In this document: positions 1 through 10,601 of the stretch, piece by piece
How positions within the stretch are numbered: the first letter of the stretch is position 1
Layout: every line of letters starts with the position of its first letter
Source of the DNA: Pseudomonadota bacterium
GTDB lineage: Bacteria; Pseudomonadota; Alphaproteobacteria; Rickettsiales; SXRF01
NCBI GenBank assembly: GCA_038043465.1
Contig: JBBTBX010000009.1
Coordinates: 34,710 to 98,709, forward strand
Reading direction: 5' to 3'
Length of the DNA stretch: 64,000 bases
The notes under the pieces: generated by a model
Database searches by the model: none
The model's input: the letters and a program-made list of their open reading frames with translations, nothing else
What the model was told of the DNA's origin: nothing
Program-made: the position numbers and the translations under genes

Positions 1-105
1 AGTTTCTGCTTTTTTAGCTGGAGCCACAGCTTTAGCAGATGCCTTCGCTGGTTTTTCCGCCGGAGCTTTCTTCGCTGCTGGTTTTGTCTTTGCTTCAGTT
101 GCCAT
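1..105 (-). CDS. 5' end of a CDS that runs off the left edge. N-terminus is Ala/Lys/Pro-rich (MATEAKTKPAAKKAPAEKPAKASAKAVAPAKKAET...). By position it is the next spc-operon gene after rpsE (rpmD or rplO).
   Basis: ATG at 105-103 is preceded by AAGGAA (revcomp of 114-119). The frame is open to the window edge and co-oriented just downstream of the rpsE stop. It is absent from the ORF track because it is truncated. Confidence 0.4.
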   Translation of the reverse strand, partial: MATEAKTKPAAKKAPAEKPAKASAKAVAPAKKAET

Positions 106-110
106 ACAAA

Positions 111-701
111 TTATTCCTTAGATTTCTTTTCAGTTTTAACAGCTTCTTTAGCAGCACTGCTTTTACCTTCTCTGCGGTCAACAATCTCACCAACTGCTTT
201 ACCACGTTTTGTAGCAATAGCACGTGGCGATTTCATGCCTTCAAGAGCATCAAAAGTTGCTTTAAGCATGTTATGAGGATTAGAAGTACCAACTGATTTC
301 GCTACCACATCCTGCACACCGAGGGCTTCAAAAACTGCGCGCATTGGCCCGCCAGCAATGATACCAGTACCAACAGGTGCAGTGCGTATAATCACTTTAC
401 CGGCACCAAAACGACCATATAAATCGTGATGAACAGTGCGACCTTCACGCAGAGGTATACGCATCATGGATTTTTTTGCAGTTTCCAAGGCTTTACGCAT
501 AGCGTCAGATACTTCTTTCGCTTTACCAGAACCGTAACCGACCCGTCCCTTACCGTCGCCAACGACAACAAGAGCAGCAAAGCCGAAACGTCTACCGCCT
601 TTTACCACTTTGGCAACACGGTTTATCGATACTAATTTATCGATCAAATCGCTGCCTTCTTCGCGACCACTTTTCTTTTCATTGCGTTCTGGACGTGCCA
701 T
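111..701 (-). CDS. rpsE: 30S ribosomal protein S5
   Basis: S5 hallmarks [27 protein letters not shown] and [10 protein letters not shown]. Follows rplR as in spc operons. Has a Lys-rich C-terminal tail. Confidence 0.97.
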   Translation of the reverse strand: MARPERNEKKSGREEGSDLIDKLVSINRVAKVVKGGRRFGFAALVVVGDGKGRVGYGSGKAKEVSDAMRKALETAKKSMMRIPLREGRTVHHDLYGRFGAGKVIIRTAPVGTGIIAGGPMRAVFEALGVQDVVAKSVGTSNPHNMLKATFDALEGMKSPRAIATKRGKAVGEIVDRREGKSSAAKEAVKTEKKSKE

Positions 702-740
702 ATTTATTTTCCCAACTCTATTACAAATAATACAAAATTC

Positions 741-1112
741 TTAGAAAGATAACCCAGCTTCACGCGCCGCATCAGCCAAAGCCTTTACGCGCCCATGAAA
801 CAAATACCCACCACGATCAAAAACCACTTCTTTTACGTTGGCTTTTTTAGCGCGCTGAGCTATCAAAGTACCAATAATTTTTGCCACTTCCACTGTAGAA
901 GTAGATTTCGCCTTGCCTTTAACATCCGCATCAAGAGATGAAGCAGCAGCGAGAGTCGTTCCCTTGCTATCATCAATAAGCTGAGCATAAATATGCTTGC
1001 CGGAACGAAACACTGAAAGGCGCACACGATTATTGGTCTGCTTGCGAATCGCGCTACGGACACGTTGCTTGCGACGATCAAATAACGCTTTTGATTTAAC
1101 TGCTTGGCTCAT
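741..1112 (-). CDS. rplR: 50S ribosomal protein L18
   Basis: [18 protein letters not shown] and C-terminal [26 protein letters not shown], plus synteny. Confidence 0.97.
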   Translation of the reverse strand: MSQAVKSKALFDRRKQRVRSAIRKQTNNRVRLSVFRSGKHIYAQLIDDSKGTTLAAASSLDADVKGKAKSTSTVEVAKIIGTLIAQRAKKANVKEVVFDRGGYLFHGRVKALADAAREAGLSF

Positions 1113-1207
1113 ATTTTTACTAGTATCTCACCTTTCTTACATTTGCAAAGATCCACGACTGCGTGGAGATAACAGGAATCTAAGCAGCACAGCTGCCAGA
1201 TTTACTG

Positions 1208-1744
1208 TTACTTCTTCTTCCCTTCTTTTTTACGTACATACTCACCTTCATAGCGAACACCTTTTCCTTTATATGGCTCAGGTTTCCGCAATGCACGAAT
1301 TTCAGCTGCCACCTGCCCTACCAGCTTTTTATCAAAACCGGATATAGCTACTGATGTTGGTTTTTCACAAACTATGCTAACACCGTCCGGAATGGCAAAT
1401 TTTATTTCATGACTGAAGCCAAGAGCCAGTGTCAGGTAGTTCTTGTCAGCCGCCGCACGGAAACCAACGCCTTGAATCTCAAGCTTAACAACAAAGCCTT
1501 TGGAAACACCTTCAACCATGTTATTAACTTGGTTGCGAGTAGTTCCCCACATAGCGCGGGAACGTTTGTCATCCTTATCCACAGGCAAAATGATAACATT
1601 GCCTCCGGAAATCTCAACCTTTACTTCCGGTGCTAATTTCGCTTTGAGTTCACCCTTGCCACCTTTAACCGCAATCTCACCGGCATCAACTTTAACTGTG
1701 ACACCTGATGGTATTGCAACCGGCTTTTTACCTACACGAGACAT
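1208..1744 (-). CDS. rplF: 50S ribosomal protein L6
   Basis: MSRVGKKPVAIPSGV start and KGKGVRYEGE near the C-terminus. AAGGAG SD at revcomp 1751-1756. Synteny. Confidence 0.97.
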   Translation of the reverse strand: MSRVGKKPVAIPSGVTVKVDAGEIAVKGGKGELKAKLAPEVKVEISGGNVIILPVDKDDKRSRAMWGTTRNQVNNMVEGVSKGFVVKLEIQGVGFRAAADKNYLTLALGFSHEIKFAIPDGVSIVCEKPTSVAISGFDKKLVGQVAAEIRALRKPEPYKGKGVRYEGEYVRKKEGKKK

Positions 1745-1761
1745 TACTTACTCCTTACTTA

Positions 1762-1856
1762 GATAATCCGATTACCCGATTACCCGATAACCAGATTATC
1801 CGTGACATTATAATTTACTTTACTCGATCATCCGATCATCCGACCATCTGATCATC
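1762..1856. repeat. Intercistronic repeat element. A tandem 8-nt array (GATTACCC-like x5, 1762-1801) and a second 8-nt array (CGATCATC-like x4, 1825-1856) flank an AT-rich centre.
   Basis: Read directly from the sequence. A homologous copy lies at 21282-21353 and shares GATTATCCGTGA(c/t)ATTATAA. Confidence 0.85.
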
Positions 1857-1860
1857 TTCC

Positions 1861-2256
1861 TTAGAATACTGAACAAAGAACTTCACCACCAACATTCGCC
1901 TGACGCGCATCAAAATCTGACATTACACCTTTTGATGTAGATAAAATCGCAATACCGAGACCGTTAAAGAATTTCGGCAATTTTGAAATTTCGCAATAAA
2001 CGCGGCGACCAGGCTTAGAAATACAGGTAATTTCCTTAATAACACGCTCACCATCCTGATACTTAAGTTCAATTTCAAACTCCGGTTTCCCATCATTCTC
2101 AGAACTTTTGTAACCGGCGATAAAGCCTTCGTTTTTTAGAACTTCCAACACGTTTCCAAGCAGATTAGTTGCCTGGCAACGAACAACTGCCAAACGAGCA
2201 GCCTGTCCATTACGGATCAGAGACAACATATCAGCAAGGCGATAATTCATAGACAT
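1861..2256 (-). CDS. rpsH: 30S ribosomal protein S8
   Basis: DMLSLIRNG... and C-terminal GGEVLCSVF, plus synteny. Confidence 0.97.
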   Translation of the reverse strand: MSMNYRLADMLSLIRNGQAARLAVVRCQATNLLGNVLEVLKNEGFIAGYKSSENDGKPEFEIELKYQDGERVIKEITCISKPGRRVYCEISKLPKFFNGLGIAILSTSKGVMSDFDARQANVGGEVLCSVF

Positions 2257-2266
2257 AATTATTCTC

Positions 2267-2572
2267 CTACCAGCTTGCCTTGGTTAAGCCCGGAACTTTT
2301 CCGAACGAACCAAGCTCACGCAATTTTATGCGTGAAAGTTTGAATTTACGATACACACCACGTGCGCGACCAGTTAGTTCGCAGCGATTGCGGTGACGGG
2401 TTTTAGCACCATTGCGCGGCAATGCAGAAAGCTTAATCTGTGCTTGTAGACGCTCATCGAAAGGCAGATCACGATCCATAACAACAGCTTTAAGCGCGCC
2501 GCGTTTGTTAGCAAACTTCTTTGCCATTTTCAAACGGCGGTTATTCTTATTTATCGAACTCAATTTAGCCAT
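2267..2572 (-). CDS. rpsN: 30S ribosomal protein S14 (long form)
   Basis: 101 aa with C-terminal [21 protein letters not shown], plus synteny. Confidence 0.96.
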   Translation of the reverse strand: MAKLSSINKNNRRLKMAKKFANKRGALKAVVMDRDLPFDERLQAQIKLSALPRNGAKTRHRNRCELTGRARGVYRKFKLSRIKLRELGSFGKVPGLTKASW

Positions 2573-2578
2573 AATTTC

Positions 2579-2727
2579 AGTGGTTAGTGGTCGGTGGTCA
2601 GTGGTCAGTGAATTTTCACTGTCAACTTTTCATCTACCAATTTTTTCCACTCCTCCTTATAAGTTACTGTTTAACTACTACCCTAAATCTTTTCTTCACT
2701 AGTCACTGACCGCCAGTCACTAGTCAC
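2579..2727. repeat. Tandem-heptamer-armed element. The left arm (AGTGGTC-like x4, 2579-2610) and right arm (2697-2727) are imperfect reverse complements. The centre carries TTTTTTCCACTCCTCC.
   Basis: Read directly. It fills the whole rplE-rpsN spacer. Its core is shared with the element at 6378-6505. Confidence 0.85.
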
Positions 2728-3353
2728 TACTTAACAAACGGCATATTCATTGCAGCAAGCAAACTCTTTGCTTCCTCGTCAGTTTTCGCAGTGGTGCAGA
2801 TGATAATATCCATACCACGAATCTGATCGATCTTATCATAATTTATCTCTGGAAAAACGATCTGTTCCTTAAGCCCGAGAGCATAGTTGCCACGCCCGTC
2901 AAAGCTCTTATGAGGAACTCCGCGGAAGTCACGAACACGCGGCAGAGCCGTATTAATCAACCTATCCAAAAATTCATACATACGCTGCTTACGCAAAGTC
3001 ACCTTACAGCCAATCGGCAAGCCTTCACGCAATTTAAAACCAGCGATAGCTTTCTTTGATTTAGTAACAAGAGGCTTCTGACCAGCAATCAAGCCAAGCT
3101 CATTAACCGCCGCCTGAATGGTTTTGCTATCATTTACGTTTTCACCAACGCCCATATTGATAACAATCTTATCAAGCTTAGGAACTTGCATCGCGTTCTT
3201 GTAATTGAACTGTTTCTGCATAGCAGAACGCACGTCTTTTTCATATACAGCCTGCAAACGAGGTGTGTAACCACCGGCAGGCTTCTTCGCCGCCTTTTCC
3301 GCTTTAGGTGCTTTCTCAGCTTTTACAGCCTTATTTTCTGTTGCTTTAGCCAT
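2727..3353 (-). CDS. rplE: 50S ribosomal protein L5 with a Lys/Ala-rich N-terminal extension
   Basis: L5 core [14 protein letters not shown]...[16 protein letters not shown], plus synteny. Confidence 0.96.
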   Translation of the reverse strand: MAKATENKAVKAEKAPKAEKAAKKPAGGYTPRLQAVYEKDVRSAMQKQFNYKNAMQVPKLDKIVINMGVGENVNDSKTIQAAVNELGLIAGQKPLVTKSKKAIAGFKLREGLPIGCKVTLRKQRMYEFLDRLINTALPRVRDFRGVPHKSFDGRGNYALGLKEQIVFPEINYDKIDQIRGMDIIICTTAKTDEEAKSLLAAMNMPFVK

Positions 3354-3667
3354 TATATCTTATCTCCTGAACGCTTGGAAACACGAACCTTGTTGTCTCC
3401 CTCAAATTTATAGCCAGCGCGTGTCGGCTTTCCTGATTTTGCATCAATCAAAGAAACGTTAGACACATGCAGAGAAGCTTCCTTCTCAATGATTCCACCA
3501 GCAGAAGTTTTGCTAGGCTTGGTATGGCGTTTCACCATATTGATGCCACCAACAACAACCCGCGCTTCACTGGTGATAACCTGAGTTATCTTGCCCTTTT
3601 TGCCTTTTTCTTTGCCAGCGATGACAATAACCTCATCACCTTTTTTTACTTTGAATTTCACAGCCAT
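3353..3667 (-). CDS. rplX: 50S ribosomal protein L24
   Basis: [20 protein letters not shown] (KOW motif), plus synteny. Confidence 0.96.
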   Translation of the reverse strand: MAVKFKVKKGDEVIVIAGKEKGKKGKITQVITSEARVVVGGINMVKRHTKPSKTSAGGIIEKEASLHVSNVSLIDAKSGKPTRAGYKFEGDNKVRVSKRSGDKI

Positions 3668-3685
3668 TTCTCAAATTCCTTAAAA

Positions 3686-4054
3686 TTATAATACTTCTGG
3701 TGCCAGAGAGACAATTTTCATAAACTGCTTAGCACGAAGTTCACGAGTAACTGGCCCAAATATACGAGTGCCAATCGGCTCATTCTGCTTAGTAAGAAGC
3801 ACCGCAGCGTTTTTATCAAAGCGGATAGTGCTACCGTCAGCACGGTGTATATCGCGACGAGTGCGCACGATAACAGCACGATGCACCTCACCCTTTTTCA
3901 CCTTGCCACGCGGTATCGCATCTTTAACAGAAACTACAATAATATCGCCCACGCCTGCGAATTTACGTCCTGCTCCGCCTAGAACTTTAATGCACATCAC
4001 CCGACGCGCACCTGAATTGTCAGCCACCTCTAAATTACTTTGTTGTTGTATCAT
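3686..4054 (-). CDS. rplN: 50S ribosomal protein L14
   Basis: [17 protein letters not shown]... and C-terminal SLAPEVL, plus synteny. Confidence 0.98.
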   Translation of the reverse strand: MIQQQSNLEVADNSGARRVMCIKVLGGAGRKFAGVGDIIVVSVKDAIPRGKVKKGEVHRAVIVRTRRDIHRADGSTIRFDKNAAVLLTKQNEPIGTRIFGPVTRELRAKQFMKIVSLAPEVL

Positions 4055-4085
4055 ACTTTCCTCATCATTTCCTTAGAGCTGCATC

Positions 4086-4319
4086 TTATTCTTCGTATAT
4101 CACTTGCCAACGCTTAGATTTAGAAATAGGAGCTGACTCCACAATCTGAACCTTATCGCCAACCTTGAACTGGTTTTTCTCATCATGCGCCGCATATTTT
4201 TTAGAGCGGCGAATGGTTTTCTTATATACAGGATGCGAAACACGGCGTTCCACACGCACTGTTACAGTTTTTTCATTCGCATCGCTAACGACAGTTCCTT
4301 GTAGTACACGCCTTGGCAT
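4086..4319 (-). CDS. rpsQ: 30S ribosomal protein S17
   Basis: [22 protein letters not shown], plus synteny. Confidence 0.96.
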   Translation of the reverse strand: MPRRVLQGTVVSDANEKTVTVRVERRVSHPVYKKTIRRSKKYAAHDEKNQFKVGDKVQIVESAPISKSKRWQVIYEE

Positions 4320-4322
4320 GAA

Positions 4323-4565
4323 TTATCCCTTCTTATTTTTTTTAGCCACAGCCTTTTTAGGGGCAGCTTTTTTAACATTATTAACGCCTTCGTTCAACAA
4401 AGTTTTTGCCCGAGCAATAGTACGGCGAGCCGCGCGGAATCCCTGCCTGCTTTCCAAAGAACCGGTGGCATCCTGCATCCGCAGGTTAAACTGTTCTTTT
4501 TTAGAATTCAGGATTATTTCCTTCAGTTCTTCTGCAGATTTAGTACGTAATTCAGAAGTTTTCAT
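4323..4565 (-). CDS. rpmC: 50S ribosomal protein L29 with a Lys-rich C-terminal tail
   Basis: ELRTKSAEELKEIILNSKKEQFNLRMQ, plus synteny. Confidence 0.94.
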   Translation of the reverse strand: MKTSELRTKSAEELKEIILNSKKEQFNLRMQDATGSLESRQGFRAARRTIARAKTLLNEGVNNVKKAAPKKAVAKKNKKG

Positions 4566-4567
4566 AA

Positions 4568-4987
4568 TTATTCCCCTCCCTTAACGCGCGAAACGAATTT
4601 GGTTTTGATAGGAAGCTTGGCAGAAGCACGGTCAAACGCTTCACGGGCAACAGCCTCGCTAACACCTTCCACTTCAAACAATATGCGACCAGGAGCAACA
4701 CGTGCTGCCCAGAATTCTACAGACCCCTTACCGCTACCCATACGTACTTCGGCAGGCTTGCGAGTTACCGGCAGGTCTGGAAAAATACGAATCCACATAC
4801 GACCAACGCGCTTTACATGACGGGAAATGGCACGACGGGCAGCTTCAATCTGACGCGCAGTAATACGCTCAGGCTGCATCGCCTTCAAACCATACTCACC
4901 AAAATTCAGGGTAAAGCCACCTTTGGAGGCACCTTTAATCCGCCCTTTATGGGCTTTACGGTATTTAGTTTTTTTAGGACTCATCAT
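4568..4987 (-). CDS. rplP: 50S ribosomal protein L16
   Basis: [15 protein letters not shown] start, plus synteny. Confidence 0.97.
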   Translation of the reverse strand: MMSPKKTKYRKAHKGRIKGASKGGFTLNFGEYGLKAMQPERITARQIEAARRAISRHVKRVGRMWIRIFPDLPVTRKPAEVRMGSGKGSVEFWAARVAPGRILFEVEGVSEAVAREAFDRASAKLPIKTKFVSRVKGGE

Positions 4988-4993
4988 AACTTG

Positions 4994-5686
4994 TTACTCG
5001 TTGCTAGTTGCTAGTATTTCGACAGGAACAACGTCAGCCGCTGCGTCAATCTTCTTTTCTTTACCAAGTATCTCACCTTTGAATACCCATACTTTTACAC
5101 CAATAGTGCCGTAAGCGGTTTCAGAACGAGCGATACCATAATCAATATCCGAACGCAGAGTGTGCAAAGGCACGCGACCTTCACGATACCATTCCATACG
5201 CGCAATTTCAGCACCGCCAAGACGACCGCTGACATTGATACGGATACCAAGTGCGCCAAGACGCAGGCATGATTGCACGGCACGTTTCATAGCACGACGG
5301 AAAGCCACACGCTTTTCTAATTGCTGCGCGATAGACTCAGCAATCAAAGTTGCATCAAGCTCCGGCTTCGGCACCGGCACAATATTAAGATGAACTTCAT
5401 CCTTAGTAAATTTAGCCAGATCCTTCTTGATTTTATCAATATCAGCACCTTTTTTACCAATAACCACACCAGGACGCGCAGTATGAATAGTGATATGCGC
5501 TTTCTTGGTAGGACGCTCGATCACAACCTTGCTTACGCCAGCAGCATCAAGGCTTTTCTTCAAGTAGGCCTGAATTTTATAATCTTCATGCAGCTTGGTG
5601 GCATAATCAGCACCGGCGAACCAACGCGAATCCCAAGTTTTGTTCACGCCAACACGAAAACCAATTGCGTTTACTTTCTGACCCAT
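4994..5686 (-). CDS. rpsC: 30S ribosomal protein S3
   Basis: The canonical start [13 protein letters not shown] is at 5686, just after the rplV stop (5688). The track ORF (to 5716) over-extends into rplV. Confidence 0.95.
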   Translation of the reverse strand: MGQKVNAIGFRVGVNKTWDSRWFAGADYATKLHEDYKIQAYLKKSLDAAGVSKVVIERPTKKAHITIHTARPGVVIGKKGADIDKIKKDLAKFTKDEVHLNIVPVPKPELDATLIAESIAQQLEKRVAFRRAMKRAVQSCLRLGALGIRINVSGRLGGAEIARMEWYREGRVPLHTLRSDIDYGIARSETAYGTIGVKVWVFKGEILGKEKKIDAAADVVPVEILATSNE

Positions 5687-5687
5687 A

Positions 5688-6068
5688 TTATGCTTTCTCC
5701 TCTTTTTCACGCACAATCAGCGTCAAATTTGCAAATGGTCTGAATACACGCGCCGATTTACCACGACCACGAGTATGCATACGTTTCATTACCAGATTTT
5801 TCCCAACATACGCTTCTTTAACATAAAGAGAATCAACATTCAGGTTATGGTTATTCTCAGCGTTGGCAATTGCTGACTGCAAAGCTTTTTTTACATCTCC
5901 GGCAATACGCTTGCTGGAAAATGATAGCTGGGTAAGCGCGCCATTCACATCCATTCCACGGATAAGAGCCGCCACAAGGTTAAGCTTCTGTGGACTGATG
6001 CGGATACGGTTGATAACCGCTTTCGCTTCGTTTGGTGCTAATGCACGCTGGGTTGCTTTTTTAGACAT
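5688..6068 (-). CDS. rplV: 50S ribosomal protein L22
   Basis: [22 protein letters not shown], plus synteny. Confidence 0.96.
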   Translation of the reverse strand: MSKKATQRALAPNEAKAVINRIRISPQKLNLVAALIRGMDVNGALTQLSFSSKRIAGDVKKALQSAIANAENNHNLNVDSLYVKEAYVGKNLVMKRMHTRGRGKSARVFRPFANLTLIVREKEEKA

Positions 6069-6084
6069 ATATTATTACCATTCC

Positions 6085-6369
6085 TTATTTCTTAGCTGCA
6101 GTTTTCTTGTCAGCCGCTGTATGACCGTGGAAAGTACGAGTCGGAGCAAATTCACCGAATTTGTGACCAATCATATCTTCGTTAACCGATACAGGGATAA
6201 ATTTCTTGCCATTATAGACACCGAAAGTCAGCCCCACAAACTGCGGCAGGATAGTCGAACGACGTGACCATGTTTTGATAATCTGATTGCGGGTCGCGCC
6301 TCTGGCTCCTTCTGCTTTCTTAAGCAGGTAACCATCAACAAACGGACCTTTCCAAACTGAACGTGCCAT
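6085..6369 (-). CDS. rpsS: 30S ribosomal protein S19
   Basis: [12 protein letters not shown]... and [13 protein letters not shown], plus synteny. Confidence 0.98.
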   Translation of the reverse strand: MARSVWKGPFVDGYLLKKAEGARGATRNQIIKTWSRRSTILPQFVGLTFGVYNGKKFIPVSVNEDMIGHKFGEFAPTRTFHGHTAADKKTAAKK

Positions 6370-6377
6370 AATATTTT

Positions 6378-6505
6378 AGTGGTCAGTGGCTAGTGGCTAG
6401 TGGCTAGTGCAACAAAACACTAACTACAATCTCTATTCCATTTTTTCCACTCCTCCTCAAAATTAAAATTACACTTAACTAACCGCTAACCGCTAGCCGC
6501 CAGCC
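6378..6505. repeat. Tandem-heptamer-armed element. Left arm (AGTGGCT-like x4) at 6378-6409 and right arm (AACCGCT/AGCCGCC) at 6475-6505. The centre carries TTTTTTCCACTCCTCC.
   Basis: Read directly. It fills the rplB-rpsS spacer. The arms are about 6/7 complementary per unit. Confidence 0.85.
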
Positions 6506-7336
6506 TTACTTACCCTGATGTCTGCTACGAAGAATGAGTTTATTCTTCTTCTTTTTTGAACGTGTCTTTGTACCTTTAGTTCCTTTACCCCACGGCGTAA
6601 CCGGATGACGACCACCAGAAGTACGTCCTTCACCACCACCATGCGGATGGTCAACAGGATTCATCGCCACACCGCGAACGCATGGACGAACGCCAAGCCA
6701 ACGGCTGCGACCTGCTTTACCGATAACCGCATTTTGGTTGTCCGGATTAGAAACCGCACCGATAGTAGCCAGGCAATCAGAACGAATCAGGCGAAGTTCA
6801 CCGGAACGTAGTTTAACCTGAGCATAACCAGCATCTTTACCAACAAGCTGTACATAAGTTCCGGCAGCGCGGGCAAGCTGCCCACCTTTGCCTTCCTTCA
6901 TTTCAACGTTATGGATAATAGTTCCAACCGGAATATTTTTCAGCGGAATGGTGTTACCCGGTTTAATGTCAGCTCTTTCTGAAGATACCACAACATCGCC
7001 AACCGCAAGACGCTGCGGAGCAATGATATAAGCCAGCTCACCATCAGAATATTTTATCAGCGCAATAAATGAAGTGCGGTTCGGATCATATTCCAAACGC
7101 TCAACAGTTGCAGCAACATCAAACTTACGGCGTTTGAAATCAATAATACGATATGACTGCTTGTGACCACCACCCACGCGGAACGCAGTCAAACGACCAT
7201 AATTATTACGACCACCACTTTTATTTTTTCCTTCAGTCAGTTTTTTAACTGGCTTACCTTTATACAATTCACTGCGGTCAACAATAACCAATTGACGCTG
7301 AGCAGGAGTTGTAGGTTTAAAACTTTTGAGAGCCAT
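6506..7336 (-). CDS. rplB: 50S ribosomal protein L2
   Basis: GGGHKQSYR and HPHGGGEGR motifs, plus synteny. Confidence 0.98.
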   Translation of the reverse strand: MALKSFKPTTPAQRQLVIVDRSELYKGKPVKKLTEGKNKSGGRNNYGRLTAFRVGGGHKQSYRIIDFKRRKFDVAATVERLEYDPNRTSFIALIKYSDGELAYIIAPQRLAVGDVVVSSERADIKPGNTIPLKNIPVGTIIHNVEMKEGKGGQLARAAGTYVQLVGKDAGYAQVKLRSGELRLIRSDCLATIGAVSNPDNQNAVIGKAGRSRWLGVRPCVRGVAMNPVDHPHGGGEGRTSGGRHPVTPWGKGTKGTKTRSKKKKNKLILRSRHQGK

Positions 7337-7337
7337 A

Positions 7338-7664
7338 TTAGCTTACTCCCCCATCTAGGTTTATTGACTGGCCGGCAGCAAGAGTTACGATTGCTTTCTT
7401 AGTATCGTTCTGCTTGCCTTTTACACCACGGAATAACTTTACTTTTCCAAGGCGGCGCAATGTATTCACATTAGCAACTTTTACCTTAAATAAAGCTTCA
7501 ACCGCTGATTTTATTTCAGCTTTGGTTGATTCCAGACGCACATTGAACATAACCTTATTGAACTCAGAAACCATGGTTGATTTCTCGGTGATAACCGGAG
7601 AAACGATGGTATCGTAGTGATAAGCGCGCGCTTCCGTTTTTTCTACTTTTTTAGCTTTTTTCAT
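7338..7664 (-). CDS. rplW: 50S ribosomal protein L23
   Basis: [13 protein letters not shown], plus synteny. Confidence 0.95.
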   Translation of the reverse strand: MKKAKKVEKTEARAYHYDTIVSPVITEKSTMVSEFNKVMFNVRLESTKAEIKSAVEALFKVKVANVNTLRRLGKVKLFRGVKGKQNDTKKAIVTLAAGQSINLDGGVS

Positions 7665-8281
7665 TTAAGCCTCTCTTCAAGATGCTTCACCGCATCCTTA
7701 GTCAAAATCAACTGTTTGTGACGCAGAATATCATAAACATTGATACCCTGTTGCGGGAGCACATCCACAAATTTTATATTGCGGGCGGCTTTAGCAAAAT
7801 TTTCATTCACCTGCGTGCCATCAATGAATAACGGAGCATCCCAACCGTTCTTTGCAAAAATCTCAACCATAGCTTTGGTTTTAGCTTCTTTCACATTGAC
7901 ATTATCAACAACAAACAAAGTACCATCCGCCTGTTTGGAAGAAAGGGCAACACGCATAGCAAGTTTGCGAACTTTCTTAGGAAGATCGATTGCATGGCTG
8001 CGAACCACCGGTCCAAAAATAGTAGCACCACCGCGCATCTGTGCAGAACGCATAGAACCCTGACGGGCATTACCGGAACCTTTTTGCTTGAAAGGCTTTT
8101 TACCAGTACCACTTATTTCGCTGATAGTCTTGGTTTTATGAGTACCAGACTGAGCCTTTGCGCGCTGCCACTGCACCATACGGTGCAATATGTCCTTGCG
8201 AACCGGAGCAGCAAAGATGCTATCAGATAATTCAATATCACCAGCAGCTTTATTCTCGATTGTTACAACTTTTACTTTCAT
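7661..8281 (-). CDS. rplD: 50S ribosomal protein L4
   Basis: [19 protein letters not shown], plus synteny. Confidence 0.96.
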   Translation of the reverse strand: MKVKVVTIENKAAGDIELSDSIFAAPVRKDILHRMVQWQRAKAQSGTHKTKTISEISGTGKKPFKQKGSGNARQGSMRSAQMRGGATIFGPVVRSHAIDLPKKVRKLAMRVALSSKQADGTLFVVDNVNVKEAKTKAMVEIFAKNGWDAPLFIDGTQVNENFAKAARNIKFVDVLPQQGINVYDILRHKQLILTKDAVKHLEERLK

Positions 8282-8293
8282 AATTTCTCCTAA

Positions 8294-8325
8294 ATCCTGT
8301 GGGCGACAAAGTCGCAGCGCAGGAT
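8294..8325 (-). other. GC-rich interrupted hairpin in the rplC-rplD spacer
   Basis: ATCCTG (8294-8299) pairs with CAGGAT (8320-8325). GCGAC (8303-8307) pairs with GTCGC (8311-8315). Confidence 0.6.
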
Positions 8326-8335
8326 CTTAATCCTT

Positions 8336-9073
8336 TTACTCAGTCTTTTTATCTTCAACAGATCCTGTGCTCTCGCTTTCGCTCGCCACAGGATTATTAA
8401 CTTTACGTACACCAGCTGGAAATGGAGCAGCAGGATGAGAGCCTTTTTTGCAAGCATCTTTAACCAGAACAAAACCATTCTCAGCACCTGGAACCGCGCC
8501 ACGCACCATGATAAAACCACGCTCTTCATCCACAGAAATAACCTGAAGATTCTGAGTAGTTACACGAACCGTTCCCATGTGACCGGCCATTTTTTTGCCT
8601 TTGAATACACGACCCGGATCCTGACGTTGTCCGGTAGAGCCATGCGAACGATGCGCAACAGAAACGCCATGCGTTGCTTCCAGACCGGCAAAGTTATAAC
8701 GCTTCATAACACCGGCGAAGCCCTTACCAACCGAGTTTCCAACCACATCAACATATTGCCCTGGAACAAAATGGCTGGCAACAATTTCAGTACCTGGTTC
8801 AATCAAAGCTTTTTCTTCAACACGGAACTCAACGAGTTTGCGTTTCGGTTCTACTTTCGCTTTAGCGTAATGCCCACGCAAAGCCTTAGAAACATTTTTT
8901 ACCTTAGCTTTGCCAACACCAAGCTGAACAGCTGTATAACCATCTTTAGCAACGGTTTTATTGGCAACAACCTGGCAATTATCAACGTGCAACACGGTAA
9001 CCGGTGTTTCCACACCTTCTTCCGTGTACACACTGGTCATACCCAGTTTTTTAGCAATTAATCCTGTACGCAT
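8336..9073 (-). CDS. rplC: 50S ribosomal protein L3
   Basis: The canonical start [13 protein letters not shown] is at 9073, directly after the rpsJ stop (9075). The track ORF over-extends to 9118. Confidence 0.96.
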   Translation of the reverse strand: MRTGLIAKKLGMTSVYTEEGVETPVTVLHVDNCQVVANKTVAKDGYTAVQLGVGKAKVKNVSKALRGHYAKAKVEPKRKLVEFRVEEKALIEPGTEIVASHFVPGQYVDVVGNSVGKGFAGVMKRYNFAGLEATHGVSVAHRSHGSTGQRQDPGRVFKGKKMAGHMGTVRVTTQNLQVISVDEERGFIMVRGAVPGAENGFVLVKDACKKGSHPAAPFPAGVRKVNNPVASESESTGSVEDKKTE

Positions 9074-9074
9074 A

Positions 9075-9392
9075 TTATGCTGCCTCCGCCTTAATCTTAA
9101 TATCAACACCAGAAGCAAGATCTAATTTCATCAAAGCATCCACGGTTTGCGGAGTTGGATCAAGAATGTCAATCAAACGTTTGTGCGTACGGATTTCAAA
9201 CTGTTCACGCGATTTCTTATCGATATGCGGAGAACGGTTAACAGTAAAACGTGCGATACGCAGTGGCAGAGGAATCGGCCCTCTAACTTGCGCGCCGGTG
9301 CGTTTTGCAGTTGACACAATCTCAGCTGTCGATTGATCAAGAACGCGATGATCAAACGCTTTCAGCCAGATACGAATTTTTTGGTTTTGCAT
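9075..9392 (-). CDS. rpsJ: 30S ribosomal protein S10
   Basis: [14 protein letters not shown]... and [16 protein letters not shown], plus synteny. Confidence 0.97.
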   Translation of the reverse strand: MQNQKIRIWLKAFDHRVLDQSTAEIVSTAKRTGAQVRGPIPLPLRIARFTVNRSPHIDKKSREQFEIRTHKRLIDILDPTPQTVDALMKLDLASGVDIKIKAEAA

Positions 9393-9398
9393 GTCTAA

Positions 9399-10589
9399 TT
9401 ACTCCAGAATCTTAGCAACGACACCGGCACCGATGGTGCGGCCACCTTCACGGATAGCGAAGCGCAAGCCTTCTTCCATCGCGATTGGTGAGATTAGAGT
9501 CGCTTCGATGCTCACGTTATCGCCAGGCATGATCATTTCAACGCCGTCAGGCAGTTTGATAGATCCGGTCACGTCAGTGGTACGGAAATAGAATTGCGGG
9601 CGGTAATTGCTGAAGAACGGGGTATGGCGACCACCTTCATCCTTGTTAAGAACGTAAATCTCAGCAGTGAACTTAGTATGCGGGGTGATCGAACCTGGTT
9701 TGCAGAGTACTTGACCACGCTCAACTTCCTCGCGCTTGGTGCCACGAAGAAGAATACCAACGTTATCACCGGCACGACCTTCATCAAGCAGCTTACGGAA
9801 CATTTCAACGCCGGTGCATGTGGTTTTCTGGGTAGCACGCAAGCCTACAATCTCGATTTCCTCACCAACCTTGACGATACCGCGTTCAACACGACCGGTA
9901 ACTACAGTACCACGACCGGAGATCGAGAACACGTCCTCAACCGGCATAATGAATGGTTTATCAATAGGGCGCTCAGGCTGCGGGATTGATTTATCAACCG
10001 CTTCCATAAGCTTAAGGATAGCTTCGCGACCAAGAGCCGGATTCTTATCTTCCAGCGCGCACAGAGCTGAACCATGGATGATAGGAATGGTATCGCCCGG
10101 GAATTTATATTTGCTGAGAAGCTCGCGCACTTCCATCTCAACCAGCTCAAGCAATTCAGGATCATCAACCATGTCGCACTTGTTCAGGAACACAACCAAT
10201 GCCGGAACGCCAACCTGACGGGCAAGAAGGATATGTTCGCGAGTCTGTGGCATAGGACCGTCAGCAGCTGATACTACAAGTATCGCGCCATCCATCTGCG
10301 CCGCACCGGTGATCATGTTCTTAACATAATCGGCGTGACCTGGGCAATCAACGTGCGCATAGTGGCGGTTCTCAGTTTCATATTCAACGTGCGCGGTGTT
10401 AATCGTGATACCACGCGCCTTCTCTTCCGGAGCAGCGTCGATCTTGTCATACGCCGTATATTTAGCACGACCAGACTCAGCCAAAACCTTCGTGATCGCA
10501 GCAGTCAAACTCGTCTTGCCGTGATCAACATGACCTATCGTTCCGATATTACAGTGAGGTTTATTCCTCTCAAATTTCTCTTTTGCCAT
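9399..10589 (-). CDS. tuf: Elongation factor Tu
   Basis: [16 protein letters not shown] and NKCD GTPase motifs. 396 aa. Confidence 0.99.
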   Translation of the reverse strand: MAKEKFERNKPHCNIGTIGHVDHGKTSLTAAITKVLAESGRAKYTAYDKIDAAPEEKARGITINTAHVEYETENRHYAHVDCPGHADYVKNMITGAAQMDGAILVVSAADGPMPQTREHILLARQVGVPALVVFLNKCDMVDDPELLELVEMEVRELLSKYKFPGDTIPIIHGSALCALEDKNPALGREAILKLMEAVDKSIPQPERPIDKPFIMPVEDVFSISGRGTVVTGRVERGIVKVGEEIEIVGLRATQKTTCTGVEMFRKLLDEGRAGDNVGILLRGTKREEVERGQVLCKPGSITPHTKFTAEIYVLNKDEGGRHTPFFSNYRPQFYFRTTDVTGSIKLPDGVEMIMPGDNVSIEATLISPIAMEEGLRFAIREGGRTIGAGVVAKILE

Positions 10590-10601
10590 TTTGACTACTC
10601 C

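Noticed and set aside
39-296. 85-aa plus-strand ORF at the left edge.
   Set aside because: It is antisense to rpsE and to the truncated downstream r-protein gene. The translation is hydrophobic low-complexity sequence.
2579-6505. Whether the short tandem arrays could be CRISPR arrays.
   Set aside because: The units are 7-9 nt and contiguous, with no spacers. No cas genes are present. The arrays occur as inverted pairs inside operons.
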